The notes under the pieces were generated by a model that saw only the letters and a program-made list of their open reading frames with translations, was not told the DNA's origin and ran no database searches. Positions 42,419 through 53,081 of a stretch of 64,000 nt of DNA are shown here, one piece after another. Made by a program: the position numbers and the translations under genes. The DNA is from an uncultured delta proteobacterium (lineage in GTDB: Bacteria; Desulfobacterota; Desulfobacteria; Desulfobacterales; UBA2156): positions 288,001 to 352,000 of the forward strand of contig CAVTQK010000015.1 in NCBI GenBank assembly GCA_963736855.1, read 5' to 3'. The number at the start of each line of letters is the position of its first letter. Position 1 is the first letter of the stretch.

Positions 42419-43568
42419 CGGCAGGGGTCCCGGGCTTGAGTTCGAAATCGGGATTGGGGATGGAAAGTTTCACCATGAAGACGAGTTTGACCCGTTCCTT
42501 ATGTGTCTGGATGATTTTGGGGGTGAACTCGGCCTGGGGGGAAATGTAGGTTACCGTCCCGGAAAATACCCGGTCAGGAAAGGTATCCACCTTTACATCC
42601 GCCTTTTGCCCGGGCCGGATCTTGCCGATTTCCGTCTCGTCCACGAACACCTTCAGGTCCACCCGGGACAGATCGGCCACGGAAAAGACCTCCTGGCCGG
42701 GGGTTACCACCTCTCCGGGTTCGATGTTCCGGCTGATCACGATGCCGTCAAAAGGCGCCGTCAGTTCCGTGTACTTCAGTTGAACTTCGCCAAGCCTCAG
42801 CGCGGCTCGGGCCGCCTCGACCTGGGCGCTTGCCGCGTTCACTTCTTTTCCCAGGGCTTCGATCTTTGCCAGATTGCTTCGGGCAAGCTTCAACATCGCC
42901 TGACCCTCGGCAAGCCGGGATCTGGCGGCTTCGATCTCCTCGACCCGGAAACCCTCCTCGGCCTGTTTCAGCGATTCCCGGGCGCGCAGATGTTCTTTCA
43001 AAGCCGTTTCGAATCGCAGGGTTGCGATGTCCTTAGCGGACTCGGACACCGCCTTGCCTGAAAAGAGTATATCGTAGCGCTGTTTTTCCTTACGGGCCAG
43101 GTCCAGGCTTGCCTCCGCGGCTTCAACTGCCAGCCTGGCCTTTTCCACATCCTGGGTTCGATATCCGCTCTCGAGGGCCTTGAGATTCGCCGAAAGGGTG
43201 GTAACGCCGGCCTCGGCCCGTGCCACTTCCGCCGGCAGGACCTTTCGGTTGACGGCAAGTTCCACTTCAAGCCGTTCCCGATTCGATTCGGACCGGCGCA
43301 AGTCCGCGGCAGCCTGATCCTTCCGGGCCAGGAAATCGTCCGGATCGAGGGTTGCCATCGTCTGCCGGGAACGGACTGCCTGGCCTTCGTCCACCAAAAC
43401 CCGGGACACGCGGCCGCTGACCTGAAATCCGATGTCCGACGAAACGGCATCGAGTGTGCCCGAATAATACAGTTCCGCGGACCGACGTCGATACTGCCCC
43501 CAAAAGACCAGGGCTCCCACGCCGAACAGCAAAACCAAGAAAGCTCCCAGTATCACGCGTTTTTTCAA
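42402..43568 (-). CDS. HlyD/YbhG-family membrane fusion protein
   Basis: N-terminal TM, long coiled coil, APFDG.V, AEFTPK.IQT..ERVKLVF, LKPG.PAD. Confidence 0.9.
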   Translation of the reverse strand: MKKRVILGAFLVLLFGVGALVFWGQYRRRSAELYYSGTLDAVSSDIGFQVSGRVSRVLVDEGQAVRSRQTMATLDPDDFLARKDQAAADLRRSESNRERLEVELAVNRKVLPAEVARAEAGVTTLSANLKALESGYRTQDVEKARLAVEAAEASLDLARKEKQRYDILFSGKAVSESAKDIATLRFETALKEHLRARESLKQAEEGFRVEEIEAARSRLAEGQAMLKLARSNLAKIEALGKEVNAASAQVEAARAALRLGEVQLKYTELTAPFDGIVISRNIEPGEVVTPGQEVFSVADLSRVDLKVFVDETEIGKIRPGQKADVKVDTFPDRVFSGTVTYISPQAEFTPKIIQTHKERVKLVFMVKLSIPNPDFELKPGTPADAWFR

Positions 43569-43635
43569 GGCGCACCCCCTATGGATGGGAGGCAATGTAT
43601 CCTTTCCTTGTCTCGATTTCAAGAAGAGTCATTTT

Positions 43636-43826
43636 TGATGGTTTCGTAAAAAGCTTTTGCAAGCGAGATTTGAGCATTTTCGGAAAAAGAGATGCGAACG
43701 GCTGAGCGTTAATAATTTCAAGCTGTGTGAGGCGCTTGCGCCGAGTTCTTGAAATTTAGAGAAACCGTGAGCATCTCCCGAAAATGGTCACGAAGCGAGC
43801 AAAAATAGCTATTTACGATTTCATCA
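43636..43826. mobile_element. ~190-bp hairpin MITE-like element
   Basis: Ends TGATGGTTTCGTAAAAAGCT / AGCTATTTACGATTTCATCA; nested stems CATTTTCGG/CCGAAAATG, GAGATGC/GCATCTC, AATTTCAAG/CTTGAAATT. Confidence 0.75.
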
Positions 43827-43937
43827 TTCTTCAAACCCCGGCTTTCCGTGTTGACGGTCATATCTTCCATTGATATGAAACCCGAGTCGGATTGTCTTGT
43901 TTTCGCAGTTTTCTTTAGCAAGAAAGACGGAAAGCAA

Positions 43938-44525
43938 ATGCTCAAAAACATGCTGAAACGGCTGGGCTGGCCTGCCGACCATATGTCCTTCAAACAGATC
44001 ACCCAGGAATTGTACCGACGCTGGTTTCAGGAACCCCCGGTTGATCTGCCGGGCAAAAGAACTCTGGGTGCGGCTTCTGCTGCGGGCATCGTCTTTGCTC
44101 TGGCAAGAGAAGGAAACCTTAAAGCCTTGTCCTGGGCAGAACCGAGTGCCGGCTTACCGGAAGACACCCCATTGCCTGAGGAAAAAACCCTTTTCTTTCG
44201 TGATTCAAAGTTTATACCCTATCCTCACACGGATCGTCGGAAAACGTCCCGGCTGCCTGGAAAAGACGTCGTCTGCTGGTCTATCCCTGAAAAAGAATGC
44301 GGTACCGGCTGGCTCGTGGATTACTCTTCCGGAGGTATTGCTTTCATCACCGAACAAGAGAGATCCCTCAGAGTCGGAACTGACCTTTTCGCCCAAATCC
44401 AGAGCCGTGCCAACAAGATCCTGGAACTTGGGTCTGGGACGGTGGTGCGCCTCGAGACGTTGACGCCCGATCTCTCCCTGGTCTGCCTTCGCCTCGGTGC
44501 CCAACAACATGGACAGATCCAATAA
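43938..44525 (+). CDS. PilZ-domain protein
   Basis: C-terminal DRRKTSR (RxxxR) and DYSSGG (DxSxxG) c-di-GMP motifs. Confidence 0.75.
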   Translation: MLKNMLKRLGWPADHMSFKQITQELYRRWFQEPPVDLPGKRTLGAASAAGIVFALAREGNLKALSWAEPSAGLPEDTPLPEEKTLFFRDSKFIPYPHTDRRKTSRLPGKDVVCWSIPEKECGTGWLVDYSSGGIAFITEQERSLRVGTDLFAQIQSRANKILELGSGTVVRLETLTPDLSLVCLRLGAQQHGQIQ

Positions 44526-44541
44526 TTTTTAAGGAATATCC

Positions 44542-45614
44542 TTGAGCGCGCATCGTTTTTCAACAAAGACCGAAAAGCCCCTTTCCTGGACCTTGATACT
44601 GGTCCTGTTCCTTTTTGCATGCGGGTTTGTGGTCCCGCCTGCCTGCACCGGTCAAATCTACCAATGGCAGGATGAGACTGGTGCGCGTCATTTTTCCGAC
44701 TGCCCTCCACTGGATGACCCGATCAAGGTTCTGGGAGATGAAAAAAGCACGAGTGAACCGTCTTCCGGATCTCCTTCTCTAAAGACTGAAAGCCATGCAG
44801 GGCGGGATGCTTCTCGTAAAGCAAAAGGCGTTTTCTGGAGGATCGAAAGATCCGGTTTGCGTCCCAGCTTTCTGATGGGGACCATCCATGTCGAAGATGA
44901 GCGGGTCTTGCAACTGCCACCGGCCGCCGAGGCGGCCTTCAACGCCGCCGACGCGCTGGTGCTGGAACTAATCCTCAACGAGGTCGCCGTTTTCAAGGCT
45001 GCCGCCGCCATGATCTATATGGACGGCACGGATCTAAAAGCGGTTCTCGGGGAAGATCTTTTTGCAAAAACCGCTGCGGCCATGAAAGACTATGGGCTGC
45101 CGGAAATCGCGCTGAGACGGATGAAGCCCTGGGCGGTCATGTCCGTCCTCACCGTGCCTAAGCCCAAAACCGGCAATTTCCTGGACCTTTCACTTTATCG
45201 CCGTGCGGTTCAATCCGGGAAAAGCGTTTACGGGCTTGAAACCGTGGAAGAGCAGGTCGGTGTCCTCGAATCTCTTCCCCTTAAAGACCAGATCGAAATC
45301 CTTCGGGAAACCCTCGATCAGTTCGAAGTTCTGCCCCGGGTGTTTTCCACCATGATCGAAATGTATCTTGCCGGCAATCTTGATGGACTTGCAGCGCTTT
45401 CGGAACGATTCATTCAGACTCAGGATCGGGGGTTGGTGAAGCGGTTCCTTTGGAGCGCCTCAACGATAACCGGAATCTGCGTATGGTGGAACGCCTGCAG
45501 ACCTACCTGGAACAGGGAAATGCGTTTGTGGCCGTCGGCGCCCTGCACCTTTCCGGAGAAAACGGCTTGCTGCGCCTGCTTGAAGCACGGGGTTACACGG
45601 TTCTTCCCGGATGA
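44542..45614 (+). CDS. TraB/GumN-family protein with N-terminal DUF4124-like domain (frameshift near 45450)
   Basis: IYQWQDETG..HFSD.PP; SFLMGTIH, GLETVEEQ; alternate frame RN.RM...AFVAVGALHL.GE.GLL.LL..RGY. Confidence 0.85.
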
Positions 45615-45632
45615 TTCAGGGCATATGGATAT

Positions 45633-45663
45633 AAAAAAAGCCGGTCGTTGGGACCGGCTTTTT
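45633..45663. terminator. Bidirectional intrinsic terminator
   Basis: AAAAAAAGCCGGTC-gttgg-GACCGGCTTTTT between convergent genes. Confidence 0.85.
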
Positions 45664-45688
45664 GAATGCTTCTCTAAAACAGAGATCG

Positions 45689-47186
45689 TTAATTCACGAC
45701 CACAATCTTTCCGGCGTCCTGGCCGTCCGAATCGTTGTTCACCCGGTTTGCATCATCAAAGTCGAGGATCACCCCTAAATAATGTGTTCCGGGAGCGACA
45801 CTCTCAGGGATGCTCACCAGGGGCACCGTCACCTCCACGGAAGACAACGGAACAAAAGAGGCCACGAAGGTGTGTCGCTGGATCAGGGTATCCGAGGCAG
45901 AGATGTTTTCATTGTTCGATAGATAGACATTGGCATTCACGGTCCCGCTCCAGGCGGCCGACGACGTGTTGTGGGCCAGATAGGTCATTTCCATCTGTCG
46001 GCCGTCGGAAGCTCCGATCGCCTTGGCAGAGACATAAACCGGGGTCAGATCCACACTTGCCGGAGCCGAAGCGCCGGTCCAGCTTCTGATTGCGTTGAAC
46101 TGACCCTCATCCATCGTTGCACAGCCGGTAATTGTCTGGCGATCGCTGATGGATAAGATGGCATAAACAATCCTTGCACCAGTGTCGGTGTAATAAACAT
46201 ATTCGCTGCTGCCGCTGTGTCCGCCATAACTGGGCTTCAGAAAATACACCTGCTTGGGTAAATCGCTGTAATAGCCGTCATTATAGCCATACCGATAAAA
46301 CAGTGTGTTTCCGGTAAAACCATAGGCCGCCTCTGCAGGATATCCTCCGTTATTCCAAAGGGTACCTAGGTAAAAGTTTTGATCCGTGGTGTATCCGAAT
46401 CCATGCCACCCGGTTGCAGAGCCGATGGGCCGATCCAGGGCGATAACACCTATGTCCCAGTTGAAATCCCCATAGGTGATCCACCCCACGAAAGACAGAA
46501 ATGTTCCAGAAGCCGCCGATCCGTAAGGCGCCCAGTTATCCCGGTAGCCCGGGGTTACCACGATCTGACTGGCCCAGGCTCCCCCGCTTCCGTTATTAAC
46601 GCAATGACCTGCAGTAATGGCATAAGACGGCTGAATCAACGTCCCGGAGCATACATAGTTTCCATTCGGGAAGGTCATGAACAGCTTGGTCAGAACACTC
46701 CAGGGGTATTGCTCGGTATTTCCAACCGCTACAATGTCGGTAAATGATTCCAGGGAATTCTGCAATCGACTTTCGGCATCTGTACCGAGCGATTGATAAC
46801 GCCCGATGCCGGCGACGGTGTGCATCAGCGAGCCGACCGATCCGGAAACGGCTGCAGGATTCAAAACCGTTTCTTTACCGGTCTTGGGGTCGTAGGAAAC
46901 GATCTGCTTCAACAGTTCTGGGATCGACCCCTTGGGCGGCAGCGGGTTGTTTTGTCGGAAAGGGTATCGGCATGGGAAGGTAGCCGGAAAGGTCTTTAGG
47001 GAGGGGATTGACATTCCGCATCGCGCCTTCGTTTCGGGATGAGACTCCGGCAACCACCGTATCATCCACCACCGATGCCACCACCGGAACGACCCGAAGA
47101 ACCTCTGCGGCAGGCAGCGCATTTGGAAGAATCAGACCTGCCAGCAACAAGGGCAATAGACCCACAATACATGATTTCCGAACCAT
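45689..47186 (-). CDS. Secreted V8/trypsin-like serine protease with propeptide and C-terminal Ig/CARDB-like domain (frameshift near 46920)
   Basis: Signal peptide; CSGTLI, TAGHC, WDIGVI, GGHSGS; YLS.N..IS.SD and PGT.YLGVI.D. Confidence 0.85.
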
Positions 47187-47244
47187 AATATCCTCCTTCC
47201 TTTGTCTTTTCAGGGTGCTCAGATGAACGGGTAGCGGTCTTGTC

Positions 47245-47625
47245 CTATTGGGTTGACCCGGGACCCTTCTCTTTTTGCTCTTGTGTCGATGTTTCCTGCG
47301 GTGAAGCAGTAGGTTTTGAAAGCTCTTGGGGATTCTCGCCCGTTTTAACAGGGGGGTTTGCCATTGGATTCGGGATCGGCATGGGTTTATAATCCTGGGG
47401 GTTGATGGGCAGTTTCTGGTCTTTTTCGTCTGCCAATACCCCGGTCCCGGTTCCTCCCTGGGTGACCGTGCCCGATGGCTGACCCGATTGGGTCCCCGCG
47501 TCCTTTTGGGATTGGGAACACCCGGTTGACGCCATCACGCCAAGGATTAGAAAATAGGTTAGAAGACCTGTCATCAAGGGGCTGAAGAAAAAAAGCAAAT
47601 GTCTTCTCCTGGAAGTGTTGTCCAT
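47245..47625 (-). CDS. Small Pro-rich putative lipoprotein
   Basis: Hydrophobic leader ending ASTGC; low-complexity Q/T/G/P body; co-oriented upstream of the protease. Confidence 0.65.
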   Translation of the reverse strand: MDNTSRRRHLLFFFSPLMTGLLTYFLILGVMASTGCSQSQKDAGTQSGQPSGTVTQGGTGTGVLADEKDQKLPINPQDYKPMPIPNPMANPPVKTGENPQELSKPTASPQETSTQEQKEKGPGSTQ

Positions 47626-47990
47626 GGGAAATCATCCTTTCGGGAAAGATTTTGCCGGTTTGCGGCTTCCAACTAAAATTAACTTGCAGGTATCAATGTA
47701 ATTTTTTACTTTAACAGGTCGGAATTGTCAAGAAAAATGACACGTCCTATAAAAAAAGCATTCTCCCTGGAAAAACCAGCGACGTATCGGCTCATTCAGG
47801 GCTTGAAACATACGACGCACATGGATAAGAATAAAGCGTAGATACTTCTGTTGCCGGTGCATTAAGATTTCAATCTCCAAGTTGCCATAAAGGTGAAATC
47901 GGAAAAAGGCGGAGAAAAATCAGCATCCAGTTTCCGAAGCAAGAATAACAAAATGTCTAAAATCTCTTCAGCCATGGAAAGGACGGCCCA

Positions 47991-49333
47991 GTGAAGCCCA
48001 TCGTCGCCATCGTCGGGCGTCCCAACGTGGGAAAATCCACGTTGTTCAACCGGATCACCCATAAACGGGACGCCCTGGTGGATGGCATTCCCGGTGTCAC
48101 CCGGGACCGGCACTACGCGGATGCGGCGTACGACGAACGGGAATTCACTCTGGTCGATACCGGCGGTTTCACGGACGCGGATGCAGAGGGGTTTGCCGCC
48201 GACATCGTCGAACAGATCGCGGCGGCGGTGCAGGAAGCCGATGTGGTCATCCTGGTGCTGGATGGGAAAGGAGGCATATCCCCTTTTGACCATGACGTGG
48301 TGCGTTTCCTGCGACCGGCACAAAAACCGCTCCTTTTTGCCGTCAATAAGATCGACGGCCCTGACCAGGAAGACCGGCTCCACGATTTCCACGCCCTTGG
48401 AGCCGACACCCTTTTTCTCTTTCGGCCGAACATGGATACGGCATCCACGATTTCATGGACCGCCTCATCTTGGAGCTGGATCGGATCGAGACCAAGCCCG
48501 AACCGGATTTCCCGGAAGCACCCATCAAACTAGCCGTAGTGGGAAAACCCAACGTGGGAAAATCCTCACTCATCAACCGGCTTCTCGGAGAAGACCGTTT
48601 GCTCGTCAGAGACACGCCGGGAACCACGCGGGATGCCATCGACTCCTTGCTTCGAATAAATGAAAAAGCGTATTTGTTCATCGACACGGCCGGAATCCGC
48701 CGCAAGTCAAAAGTCGACGACAAGCTGGAAAAGTTTTCCGTGATCAAGGCGCTCAGAAGCCTTGAACGGTGCGATGTGGCCCTGGTGATGCTGGATGCCG
48801 AAGAAGGGGTGACCGATCAGGACATTCGGATCGCCGGATATGCCCATGAACGGGGATGCGCCATCCTTTTGCTTTTCAACAAATTCGACCGGGTTCAAAA
48901 GGACACCGGATCGGCCCGGAAACTGGTCCAACGCCTCCGTTCAGAGACCAAGTTTTTAGGTTTTGCACCGATTTTATCGGTTTCAGCCAAAACCGGTTTC
49001 CGGGTCAAACGGATCTTCGATATGGTCGATGAAATCTATCGGCAATATTCCCTCCGCACCGGAACCGGAACGGTCAATCAGATTTTCCAGGAAGCGGTTG
49101 AAAGAAAGGAACCGCCGCTTCATCAGGGCCGACGAATCCGGTTTTATTACGCCACCCAGGTATCCACCAAACCCCCCACATTCGTTGTTTTTGTCAACTA
49201 TCCCGAGGCGGTCCACTTCTCCTATAAGCGATATCTCATCAACCGGATCCGGGACAGGAGCCGGCTCGATAAAACCCCCATCCGCATCCTGTTCAGGAAG
49301 CGCACCGGAAAAAAACGCCGTGGATCTGTTTGA
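47991..49333 (+). CDS. der: Ribosome biogenesis GTPase Der (frameshift near 48415, probably a sequencing error)
   Basis: Two G domains: GRPNVGKS/DTGG/NKID and GKPNVGKS/DTAG/NKFD; KH-like PPTF...Y.RYL.N. Confidence 0.95.
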
Positions 49334-50687
49334 CATCCAAAAGGAACGGGAATCCCCGGATCATGTCCCTTTGGCGGAACGGATGCGGCCGAAAAGCCTC
49401 GATGAACTCATGGGGCAGGATCACGTGACAGGATCCGGAGGATTGATCCGGCAGGCCGTCGAGAAGGACCGGATCTTTTCCATGATCCTGTGGGGGCCCC
49501 CCGGATGCGGCAAAACCACCCTGGCCAGAATCATCGCCCGTCAGACGCGCTCCCATTTCCTCCAGTTTTCGGCCGTCCTCTCCGGCGTCAAGGAGATCCG
49601 TGCGGTAATTGACGAGGCGCGGGTCCAGCGACTTTCCGGAAAAAAAACCATCCTTTTCGTCGATGAGATCCACCGATTCAATAAGGCTCAACAGGACGCC
49701 TTTTTACATCACGTGGAAAGCGGGCTGATTACCCTGATCGGCGCCACCACGGAAAATCCGTCCTTCGAGGTGATTCCTCCTCTGCTTTCCCGGTGCCGGG
49801 TCATCACCCTCAAGGCCCTCTCTGAGGAAGCCATCGGCCGGATCATCGACCGAGCTCTTTCCGATGATCATGCGGTCCTTGCAAAAATAGGCATACTTTT
49901 GGAACCGGAAGCCCGCAATCATCTGATCCGCATCGCCGACGGGGATGCCCGTTCAGCCCTCAACGGCCTGGAGCTGGCCGCATCGGTGGTCTTTCCTCAA
50001 ACCCAGGGTTTAAAGACCGAAAATAGGATCATAATCCGCATCGAAGACCTGGAACAGGCTCTCCAGAAAAAGGCTTTATTATACGACAAGAGCGGGGAGG
50101 AACATTACAACCTGATATCGGCCTTGCACAAAAGTTTAAGAGGAAGCGACCCGGATGCGGCCATTTACTGGCTGGCCCGCATGTTGGCCGCAGGGGAAGA
50201 CCCGCTTTACGTCGCCCGAAGAATGATCCGATTTGCGGCAGAGGATATCGGCTGTGCCGATCCCCAGGCCCTGACCCTTGCCGTGAATGCTATGGAGGCA
50301 TTCAAGTGCATCGGACCTCCGGAAGGAGAGCTGGCGTTGGTCGAAGCCGCTGTTTATCTGGCCACAGCTCCAAAAAGCAACAGTCTTTATACCGCCTACT
50401 CAAAAGCCCGGAAGGCTATTCAGGAGACCGGCGCTCTGCAGGTCCCCCTTCACATCCGGAACGCCCCCACACCCCTCATGGAGGCCTTAGGGTATGGAAA
50501 AGGGTATCGGTACGCCCATGACTTTGAAAACGCCGTTGTCGACCAGAATTATCTTCCGGATTTACTCAAGGGGAGACGTTTCTACCATCCTACGGGGAGA
50601 GGACACGAGGCGACCATCCAGAAACGCCTGGAAACGTGGCAGGCTCTTTTGAAAACCGGGCAAAAGGAGCCCAAAGAAAACTCCTAG
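49320..50687 (+). CDS. rarA: Replication-associated recombination protein A
   Basis: [70 protein letters not shown]. Confidence 0.96.
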   Translation: MDLFDIQKERESPDHVPLAERMRPKSLDELMGQDHVTGSGGLIRQAVEKDRIFSMILWGPPGCGKTTLARIIARQTRSHFLQFSAVLSGVKEIRAVIDEARVQRLSGKKTILFVDEIHRFNKAQQDAFLHHVESGLITLIGATTENPSFEVIPPLLSRCRVITLKALSEEAIGRIIDRALSDDHAVLAKIGILLEPEARNHLIRIADGDARSALNGLELAASVVFPQTQGLKTENRIIIRIEDLEQALQKKALLYDKSGEEHYNLISALHKSLRGSDPDAAIYWLARMLAAGEDPLYVARRMIRFAAEDIGCADPQALTLAVNAMEAFKCIGPPEGELALVEAAVYLATAPKSNSLYTAYSKARKAIQETGALQVPLHIRNAPTPLMEALGYGKGYRYAHDFENAVVDQNYLPDLLKGRRFYHPTGRGHEATIQKRLETWQALLKTGQKEPKENS

Positions 50688-50691
50688 CGTT

Positions 50692-51477
50692 TCAACCCGG
50701 ATCCTGGGTATCAAAGACAAATCTGCATAGTGGCCCTTTCCGGACGGAAGGACCTTCCGGATAAAAAGTCTGTTCCACGAAAACAACTCGGCCGACATGC
50801 TCTACCAGGACGACCGTGGAGGAGCGTGTCCCGTAAGTGGGGCTTTGGATGAAGATGGGTGAAAGGATCCGTTCCCATTCAAGACCGGCCCCGGTATCCG
50901 GAAGATCGGCATCCGGTGGTTGCTCACGATCCTGAAGAACCCAAAACAGCCTTTTTTCCATTCCTTCCTCGCCGCCGCCGATCGCTTCGCCGAACAGGCG
51001 GATGCCTCGGCTTACTTTGGGCCAGGGAGTGTCAAGGAGTCGATTACTTAAACCATGGATCCCGGGGGAGATCTGTCGGATGCCGTCGCCCCGGCTGGAA
51101 AAACAGAAAAGACCGTAGCTGTCGCCCGTAATCAGATTGAAGGCGTTGTAGGCATCTTTATTCTTTGCCACGCGTCGGAGGTAGGTTTCGGCGGACGAAT
51201 TTTCAAATAAAAACCGGCTGACCAGCATTCCCCGGGATTTCGCCTCGATGCAAAACGATTTTGGATCCCGGTAATTGGTCACGGCGGCAAGGCGTCCCTT
51301 ACGGGTCATTCCAAGCCAAGTCCCTCCCAACTTCAAGTCGCGCCCGGCCAGAATATAGGGGGCTTCTTCCCAGAAGACCGCTGCTTTCGTAGGGCGGTCG
51401 TAGAACTCGTCCCGGTTGGCCGCAAGGATCAGCCGATATCTAGGATGGGCCTTATATGCCAGCAGGATCAGACACAT
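50692..51477 (-). CDS. NRDE (TANGO2-like) family protein
   Basis: MCLI...AANRDEFY.RPT, GGTWLG, SRG.LV, LSN..LDTPWPKV, YGTRSST. Confidence 0.93.
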   Translation of the reverse strand: MCLILLAYKAHPRYRLILAANRDEFYDRPTKAAVFWEEAPYILAGRDLKLGGTWLGMTRKGRLAAVTNYRDPKSFCIEAKSRGMLVSRFLFENSSAETYLRRVAKNKDAYNAFNLITGDSYGLFCFSSRGDGIRQISPGIHGLSNRLLDTPWPKVSRGIRLFGEAIGGGEEGMEKRLFWVLQDREQPPDADLPDTGAGLEWERILSPIFIQSPTYGTRSSTVVLVEHVGRVVFVEQTFYPEGPSVRKGPLCRFVFDTQDPG

Positions 51478-51480
51478 GGA

Positions 51481-52344
51481 TTATCCGTCATGTGCGTCCG
51501 GATTTTTTGCCTCTATGGCATTATAAATATTAATAAATTCATATAGTTCAATGGTTTCCGCCCGACGTTTCGGATCGATTCCGGCACGATCCAGGATCTG
51601 TCCGGCCATTTCCGCGTTCAAGCCCAGGCCGCCCTGGGACAGGGCGTTTTTCAGGGTCTTGCGCCGCTTTCCAAAGGCCGCCTGGACGATTTTAAAAAAC
51701 TGCCTTTCTGCCTCGGGTTCAAGCGGGGTTTCTTCATGAAAAACGATCTCCACAACCCGGGAATCCACCCTGGGCCTTGGGAAAAAAAGGGAGGAAGAAA
51801 CATCGAGCAACCCCCTGACCCTTGCGCAATACTGGATCAGGACCGAGAGCCTCCCCCGTGTTTTTTTACCCGGCAATGCCGTGATCCGGTCGGCGACTTC
51901 CTTCTGGAGCATCAAGACGGCCCTTGAAATTCCCTTTCTAACACCAACGAGTCGTACAAGGATCGAACTCGAGATGTTGTAGGGAAGGTTTCCCAGGACC
52001 ACCAGCTTTTCCCCGGCCGCATCGGCGAATTTTAAAATATCCAACTTCAGGATGTTTTCTTCAACAATTGTGACGTTGGTGAATCCATGAGATGATATTT
52101 CGGCTTTAAGCAGGTCGATCAGCCGTCGATCCGTTTCCACTGCGATCAACCGCCCGGCACGTCCGGCAGCCGGAACCGTCAATGCTCCCAGGCCGGATCC
52201 GATTTCCAGAACCGTGTCACCGGTTCCGATTTCAGACAGCAAAACAATCCGCTCCGCCGCTTTCGGATCGGTCAGGAAATGTTGTCCGAGCGTTTTTTTC
52301 GCCCGGATATTTTGGGTGTGGAGCAATGTCCTGGGTGAGGTCAT
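51481..52344 (-). CDS. rsmA: 16S rRNA m6,2A dimethyltransferase
   Basis: KK.LGQHFL, LEIGSGLGALT, NLPYNISS, MLQKEVA.R, F.P.PRVDS, AF..RRKTL.N. Confidence 0.96.
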   Translation of the reverse strand: MTSPRTLLHTQNIRAKKTLGQHFLTDPKAAERIVLLSEIGTGDTVLEIGSGLGALTVPAAGRAGRLIAVETDRRLIDLLKAEISSHGFTNVTIVEENILKLDILKFADAAGEKLVVLGNLPYNISSSILVRLVGVRKGISRAVLMLQKEVADRITALPGKKTRGRLSVLIQYCARVRGLLDVSSSLFFPRPRVDSRVVEIVFHEETPLEPEAERQFFKIVQAAFGKRRKTLKNALSQGGLGLNAEMAGQILDRAGIDPKRRAETIELYEFINIYNAIEAKNPDAHDG

Positions 52345-52583
52345 AGATGATAAAGTCCTTTGAGCATTCACCATAAAAAGCGCTGCTTTGCATGTCAAGA
52401 AAATTGAGTTTTTTTCACAGGTTGGGAAATAGCAGGATCTGCACCTGAATTGTTTAATTCCAGATGTCATCCTCGCCAGGTTTTTCCAAAATACTTGAAA
52501 TGTATAATTTTATATGTTAGCCAAAGACCTTTTGACTTTTCATGCCCATCATTTGACACTCCGCGCGAAAGGATGCGACCCCG

Positions 52584-53018
52584 ATGACGGCGAAAAAAGA
52601 ACTGCAACTGGCATACGGGATAGGCATTGTCTTCCTGGTCATAGGGATCCTCAGTTATGCCGCCTTTTCCGCCAAACCGCCAGAGGAGCCGGTTCGAATC
52701 ATGTTCAAGGTCACGGCCGGCAAGGTCTTTTTCACCCATAAGACTCATACGGCTGAAGGCGGATATGGGATAGACTGTTTCACCTGCCACCATCACCCGG
52801 AAGGTGACGATGCGGCACTAAGGGCCTGTGGCGACTGCCACAGTCCGTCGGAAGAAAGAAAAACCGCATCCGCAAGCTGCCGGGAATGTCACGATGAAGG
52901 AGAACTGGACAGCGAGGAGACTCCGAAGCGTGCCGATGCCTTCCATGATCAGTGCACCGGATGTCATAAGGAAAAAGATGCGGGCCCCAAAGAATGCTCG
53001 GAATGCCATGTCCTGTAA
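52584..53018 (+). CDS. Membrane-anchored/periplasmic multiheme cytochrome c3-family protein
   Basis: N-terminal TM; V.F.H..H; five CxxCH motifs (CFTCH, CGDCH, CRECH, CTGCH, CSECH). Confidence 0.92.
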   Translation: MTAKKELQLAYGIGIVFLVIGILSYAAFSAKPPEEPVRIMFKVTAGKVFFTHKTHTAEGGYGIDCFTCHHHPEGDDAALRACGDCHSPSEERKTASASCRECHDEGELDSEETPKRADAFHDQCTGCHKEKDAGPKECSECHVL

Positions 53019-53081
53019 GGACCGAATGGATTCAACAGCGATGCCCATGAAGACCGAAGGGAAGAACCGAAGGAGTCATCC

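Noticed and set aside
45450..46089. C-terminal extension of the 515-aa TraB ORF
   Set aside because: Frameshift artefact. It runs through a terminator and antisense to the protease; the true C-terminus ends at 45614.
47991..49333. der split into two ORFs, as a pseudogene or programmed frameshift
   Set aside because: Der is normally essential, and a single indel in a C/T run restores the frame. A sequencing error is far more likely; the same applies to rnfD, the AcuI-like gene, livF, TraB and the protease.
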